From contig JAEWMX010000007.1 in NCBI GenBank assembly GCA_023393065.1, positions 13,033 to 77,032 of the forward strand: a stretch of DNA of 64,000 nucleotides, in the 5' to 3' direction. The position numbers were made by a program, and so were the translations under genes. Under the pieces are notes generated by a model that saw only the letters and a list, made by a program, of their open reading frames with translations, did not search any database and was not told where the DNA came from. How positions within the stretch are numbered: the stretch's first letter is position 1; each line of letters starts with the position of its first letter. This DNA is from Bacillota bacterium. GTDB lineage: Bacteria > Bacillota_I > Bacilli_A > RFN20 > CAG-826. Positions 60,760-64,000 of the stretch are shown piece after piece.

Positions 60760-61695
60760 ATGTTCAAATTGAAACTCCATAATCTAATCTGTCTTCCACT
60801 TCTTTTCTTTTTGGTCGCTTGTGGATCGGATAGTTCATCAGGCGATACTTCTTCTTCAAACGGTGATTCCTCGTCTACCTATAGCGAAGTGTCCAATGAT
60901 CCGCATTGGGTCCATTTTAACACCCATTGCGACACACCCTTAGAATCTGTTTTTACAGCGCGAGTTGAGACGATGCCAATCGTCAATAATGGCGCCTTGA
61001 TGCTCGCCGGATGGTTTTTGGAAGAAGACTATATAAATATTGTCAGTTTTCCCTACCGCGTCCTCGAGGATGTGACTTTGCACGCGATGTGGACGGAAGG
61101 TAATCCATCGGACTTCACTTTTTCCTCGACCCTTGACGGCACTGGCTATATTGTCACTTCTTATGGCGCAAACGCCACCAATGTCATCATCCCTAGTTAT
61201 TTTAATAGCAAGCCGGTCCTTGAAATCGGCGAGTACTTATTTGCCAATAACGGAGCGATATTATCCGTGACGATGCCGAGCATGCTCATTAAAATTAATA
61301 TGGCGGCTTTTAAAAATGCCGTTCAACTATCGTCGATCGTCATTCCCGATAACGTCACCATCATCGCTACAGATGCTTTCGCTGATTGCAGCGGTTTGCA
61401 GACCGTCTCGATGCCCGAACGGCTTGAAGTCGTCGCTAATAGTGCCTTTGAAGGAACGGCAATGCAGTCAGTCACATTAGGCAATCGCGTGACTTCAATC
61501 AATTCTCGCGCCTTTGCCGACTGCGCGAACCTTCGCGATGTCTATCTCGATAACTTGACTCCGCCGCTTCGCTTCGCAAACTCTTTTGAAAACACAAACG
61601 CCGCATTAAGATATAAAGTTTTCGAAAGTGTTCTCAATACTTATAAAACGAATGAACACTGGTCTTCTTTCTCTTCGCAAATCGTTGCTCGATAA
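60760..61695 (+). CDS. lipoprotein with Flg_new repeat and BspA-type leucine-rich repeats
   Basis: Lipobox FLVAC plus an S/D-rich linker. Repeats of the type IPDNVTIIATDAFADCSGLQTVSMP / SAFEGTAMQSVTL / RAFADCANLRDVYL. Confidence 0.7.
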   Translation: MFKLKLHNLICLPLLFFLVACGSDSSSGDTSSSNGDSSSTYSEVSNDPHWVHFNTHCDTPLESVFTARVETMPIVNNGALMLAGWFLEEDYINIVSFPYRVLEDVTLHAMWTEGNPSDFTFSSTLDGTGYIVTSYGANATNVIIPSYFNSKPVLEIGEYLFANNGAILSVTMPSMLIKINMAAFKNAVQLSSIVIPDNVTIIATDAFADCSGLQTVSMPERLEVVANSAFEGTAMQSVTLGNRVTSINSRAFADCANLRDVYLDNLTPPLRFANSFENTNAALRYKVFESVLNTYKTNEHWSSFSSQIVAR

Positions 61696-61834
61696 TCTTA
61701 ATACTCATATTTTTAATATGTAAAGAGCCCACGATGCGGCCTTTTCGTTCGGTTGACAAGTGTAAAGTATGTTAGTAAAATCAATATTAGTTTTAGATTA
61801 TATTTACTTTTTAATTTTCTAGGGAGGATAACTC

Positions 61835-62779
61835 ATGAAAAAACGATTAAAAAGAATAAGTCTATTTTTAGGTGTTGTTGTTTTGGGTGTCGCGACTAGC
61901 GTCAGTCTGTTTGCGAACTCGCCAAAAGACGCGGTTGGAGTGGATGCTACAAACTTCACAAATAATGATATTAGAATTCCTTTTGTGGGTTTATCTTGGT
62001 GGGATGATTATGATTCAGGGGAAGGAGATACAATCGGCAACGAAGTTTTTATTAGGATTGTTGATTCGGATAAAGAATCTTCCTTAACCAATAATACCGT
62101 TGCAGATATCACCTATATTGGTGTCGAAAGTTCTTCTACTGATACCTACTATAATATTGGCGAAGGGGGCTTTAGCGAATACGATACAAGTAATGTATTG
62201 TTCTTTGATTTACCTTATTCCACAATAAGCGGCAAAAAATTCGATTTAGCTCGAGTTAATCCTAGTGATCACAGCATTGTGTGGAATCGCATAAATCTAA
62301 TTGAAACATTTAACGATGGCATGCTTCATAAAGTTTGGAGATCTTATGGTGATGAACAAGGTATTTTTCGGCCAGATGGTTCATCGGCTGAATCAAGATA
62401 TATTTCGAATGGGACTCTTGCAGGAATACTATATGGCTATTTGAGTTGCTCTCCAAATACCCATAACGGCTACCCCGCCTTCCCCACTCTCGATGAAAAT
62501 TTCAATTTGACCGGGGGGAGGGATTTGACACAAGATTCAATTGTTTTGGAATATGATTACAGTTCTGAAGCAGATTATGTTGAAGGAAATCGCGCTAAAT
62601 TAGACATTACGCTTACTCAAAAGGTTAATATGATGAAGTATATGTATGATGAAAACATACCTTCCGCAGGTGTTGTCTTATTTGACAGCAAATCATCAAT
62701 TTATTTAATTATTTGCACCGCCCTTATTGGCTTAACAAGTATCGCGGGTCTCTACATCCTCAAAAAGAAAAGAGCCTAA
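61835..62779 (+). CDS. surface protein of unknown function (signal peptide plus C-terminal TM anchor)
   Basis: AGGGAGG RBS. N-terminal signal VSLFANS. C-terminal IYLIICTALIGLTSIAGLYILKKKRA. Confidence 0.6.
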   Translation: MKKRLKRISLFLGVVVLGVATSVSLFANSPKDAVGVDATNFTNNDIRIPFVGLSWWDDYDSGEGDTIGNEVFIRIVDSDKESSLTNNTVADITYIGVESSSTDTYYNIGEGGFSEYDTSNVLFFDLPYSTISGKKFDLARVNPSDHSIVWNRINLIETFNDGMLHKVWRSYGDEQGIFRPDGSSAESRYISNGTLAGILYGYLSCSPNTHNGYPAFPTLDENFNLTGGRDLTQDSIVLEYDYSSEADYVEGNRAKLDITLTQKVNMMKYMYDENIPSAGVVLFDSKSSIYLIICTALIGLTSIAGLYILKKKRA

Positions 62780-62802
62780 TCAATAATTAATCATAAAAAT
62801 TG

Positions 62803-62830
62803 GACGCCTTCGTTGGCGTTCTCTTTTTAT
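62803..62830 (+). terminator. intrinsic terminator
   Basis: GGACGCC-TTCGTT-GGCGTTC hairpin followed by TCTTTTTATT. Confidence 0.6.
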
Positions 62831-62880
62831 TCTTGTTCTTAAGCCGCGAAAAGATATCGGCTTTTATTTGATAAAATAAA

Positions 62881-62920
62881 ATAGGCTCGATTTTTTACCG
62901 AGCCTATTTAACAAACAAGG
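62881..62920 (-). terminator. intrinsic terminator of the GH13 gene
   Basis: 10-bp stem AATAGGCTCG/CGAGCCTATT with a 9-nt loop. On the minus strand it is followed by TTTATTTTAT. Confidence 0.6.
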
Positions 62921-62926
62921 CTGCTA

Positions 62927-64000
62927 TTACACTTTCGAAATCACGATTCCGTATGCTTGCAGTTGCGTGGAAGTCGCATTCCAATCAAGAACAACGGTTC
63001 CGGGACTAATATTAACGGTTGTTGAGCCACAGTTTACATATATCTTATAGGTAACACCGCCACCAGAAATTTGGAAGTGATGAACATCGGCATTTGTGCC
63101 AAAATCCCATCCGGTATAATCGCCATTAATTGGGAAGTCAGGAAGGTTTTTCACGGCTGCGAGTTCGCGATATAGAGCAAGCATGCTATTAGTGTCTGTA
63201 TCTTGCTCGGACGCACTCTTAAGAGTATTTTTGTTATAGTTGTCGTGTTCAACAGAATACATATTAAAACGATAGCCGGTCGTTCTGGAATCGCTACTTC
63301 CCCACTTAAAAGGCTGGCGATACCACCGGTCCATATTATTAGCATTGGTGGCATTGTCTTGCGATGTGTTGCCCGACATGCCGAGTTCATCGCCGTAGTA
63401 AATCCAACTTAAGCCAGGTTGCATTAAAGTGATGGCGGCGTGCGTTTGAGCTTTTTTAATCTGCGTAGCAAGATTGGCTCCGCCGATAGTCGGGTTGTTG
63501 GCAAGGCTGCTTCCGCCGCTTGCGACGTTGATGTGGTTAATGGCCCGTAAAACGTCGTGATTTGACGTGAATGCCCCACCGATATAATCACTTCTGTGTG
63601 AACGGCTGACGTTTTCAGTGCCATTGCCTTCTTGAGCATTGATCTCAGCGCTACCGTTCAGCTTGAGATAGTTATACTCAAGGTTATGATAATAAAGACC
63701 AAAATCGAATTGCGAATCCATGGCCTTTAAATATGGCGTCATGCGGTCGTCCCAGCCATCGAAGTTCTCTCCAACTAAGAAGGCATTAGGGTAATCGGCT
63801 TTAAGCTTATAAGAGAACTCTTTCCAGAAAGCGAGGTTTTTCGACATATTCGACGAATAGTCAAATTTAACAGTGACGGTTTCCATTTTTTCTTCGTCGT
63901 AATAAGTTCTCGTTCCCGTATCGCTGACGACGAGGTCGCCGCTTTTGTAAGCTTCATCTAACATATAAATATGTTTGACCGCGTCGAGGCGGAAACCATC
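62927..64000 (-). CDS. GH13 alpha-amylase family enzyme (partial; 5' end beyond window end)
   Basis: The frame stays open upstream of the track's Met. Bases 64000-63965 encode DGFRLDAVKHIY (GH13 region II), so the gene continues off-window. Later motifs: FVGENFD, FTSNHD. Confidence 0.85.
   Translation of the reverse strand, partial: DGFRLDAVKHIYMLDEAYKSGDLVVSDTGTRTYYDEEKMETVTVKFDYSSNMSKNLAFWKEFSYKLKADYPNAFLVGENFDGWDDRMTPYLKAMDSQFDFGLYYHNLEYNYLKLNGSAEINAQEGNGTENVSRSHRSDYIGGAFTSNHDVLRAINHINVASGGSSLANNPTIGGANLATQIKKAQTHAAITLMQPGLSWIYYGDELGMSGNTSQDNATNANNMDRWYRQPFKWGSSDSRTTGYRFNMYSVEHDNYNKNTLKSASEQDTDTNSMLALYRELAAVKNLPDFPINGDYTGWDFGTNADVHHFQISGGGVTYKIYVNCGSTTVNISPGTVVLDWNATSTQLQAYGIVISKV

Overview
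This 64-kb window looks like an ordinary chromosomal segment from a low-GC Gram-positive-type bacterium (Bacillota or wall-less Mycoplasmatota-like). TGA clearly acts as a stop (for example at the rnfC, rnfD and GH3 gene ends), so this is the standard code, not code 4. About 55 protein genes are tightly packed, and roughly 80% lie on the minus strand.

Recognisable housekeeping genes:
- gltX, deoD, glmM, cdaA, asnA, typA, eno and arcA
- a DEAD-box helicase
- a heterodimeric ABC exporter
- a P-type Ca/Mn ATPase
- a ZIP transporter
- GH3 and GH13 glycosidases

RNA features:
- Nine dispersed single tRNA genes, all with the CCA end encoded and all with C34 or G34 anticodons.
- A yybP-ykoY (Mn2+) riboswitch in front of the P-type ATPase.
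- A T-box leader in front of asnA.

I found no rRNA, CRISPR array, transposase, integrase or prophage.

The supplied ORF track misses two edge-truncated genes. One is a membrane protein on the minus strand at 1..990. The other is the 5' continuation of the GH13 gene, which runs to base 64000.

The most unusual content is a ten-gene, translationally coupled minus-strand cluster at 41232..48400. Its order is rnfC-D-G-E-A, a 66-aa Cys-rich membrane peptide, an RnfB reduced to its N-terminal Fe-S domain, a NusG-domain-II protein, a Gx transporter and ApbE. Its RnfD and RnfG appear to carry a non-canonical flavinylation motif.

Secondary candidates:
- A secreted protein pair sharing an AWF-type (SipW/TasA-like) N-terminal signal.
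- A Cas4-like plus DEDD dual-nuclease gene (DUF2779-like) that overlaps a 5'-nucleotidase lipoprotein gene.
- A degenerate membrane-anchored NERD-like protein coupled to a polytopic membrane protein.
- A 396-bp ORF-free spacer.

I see no convincing stand-alone novel defence or mobile system. All family assignments come from motif recognition by eye and need HMM or structure confirmation.
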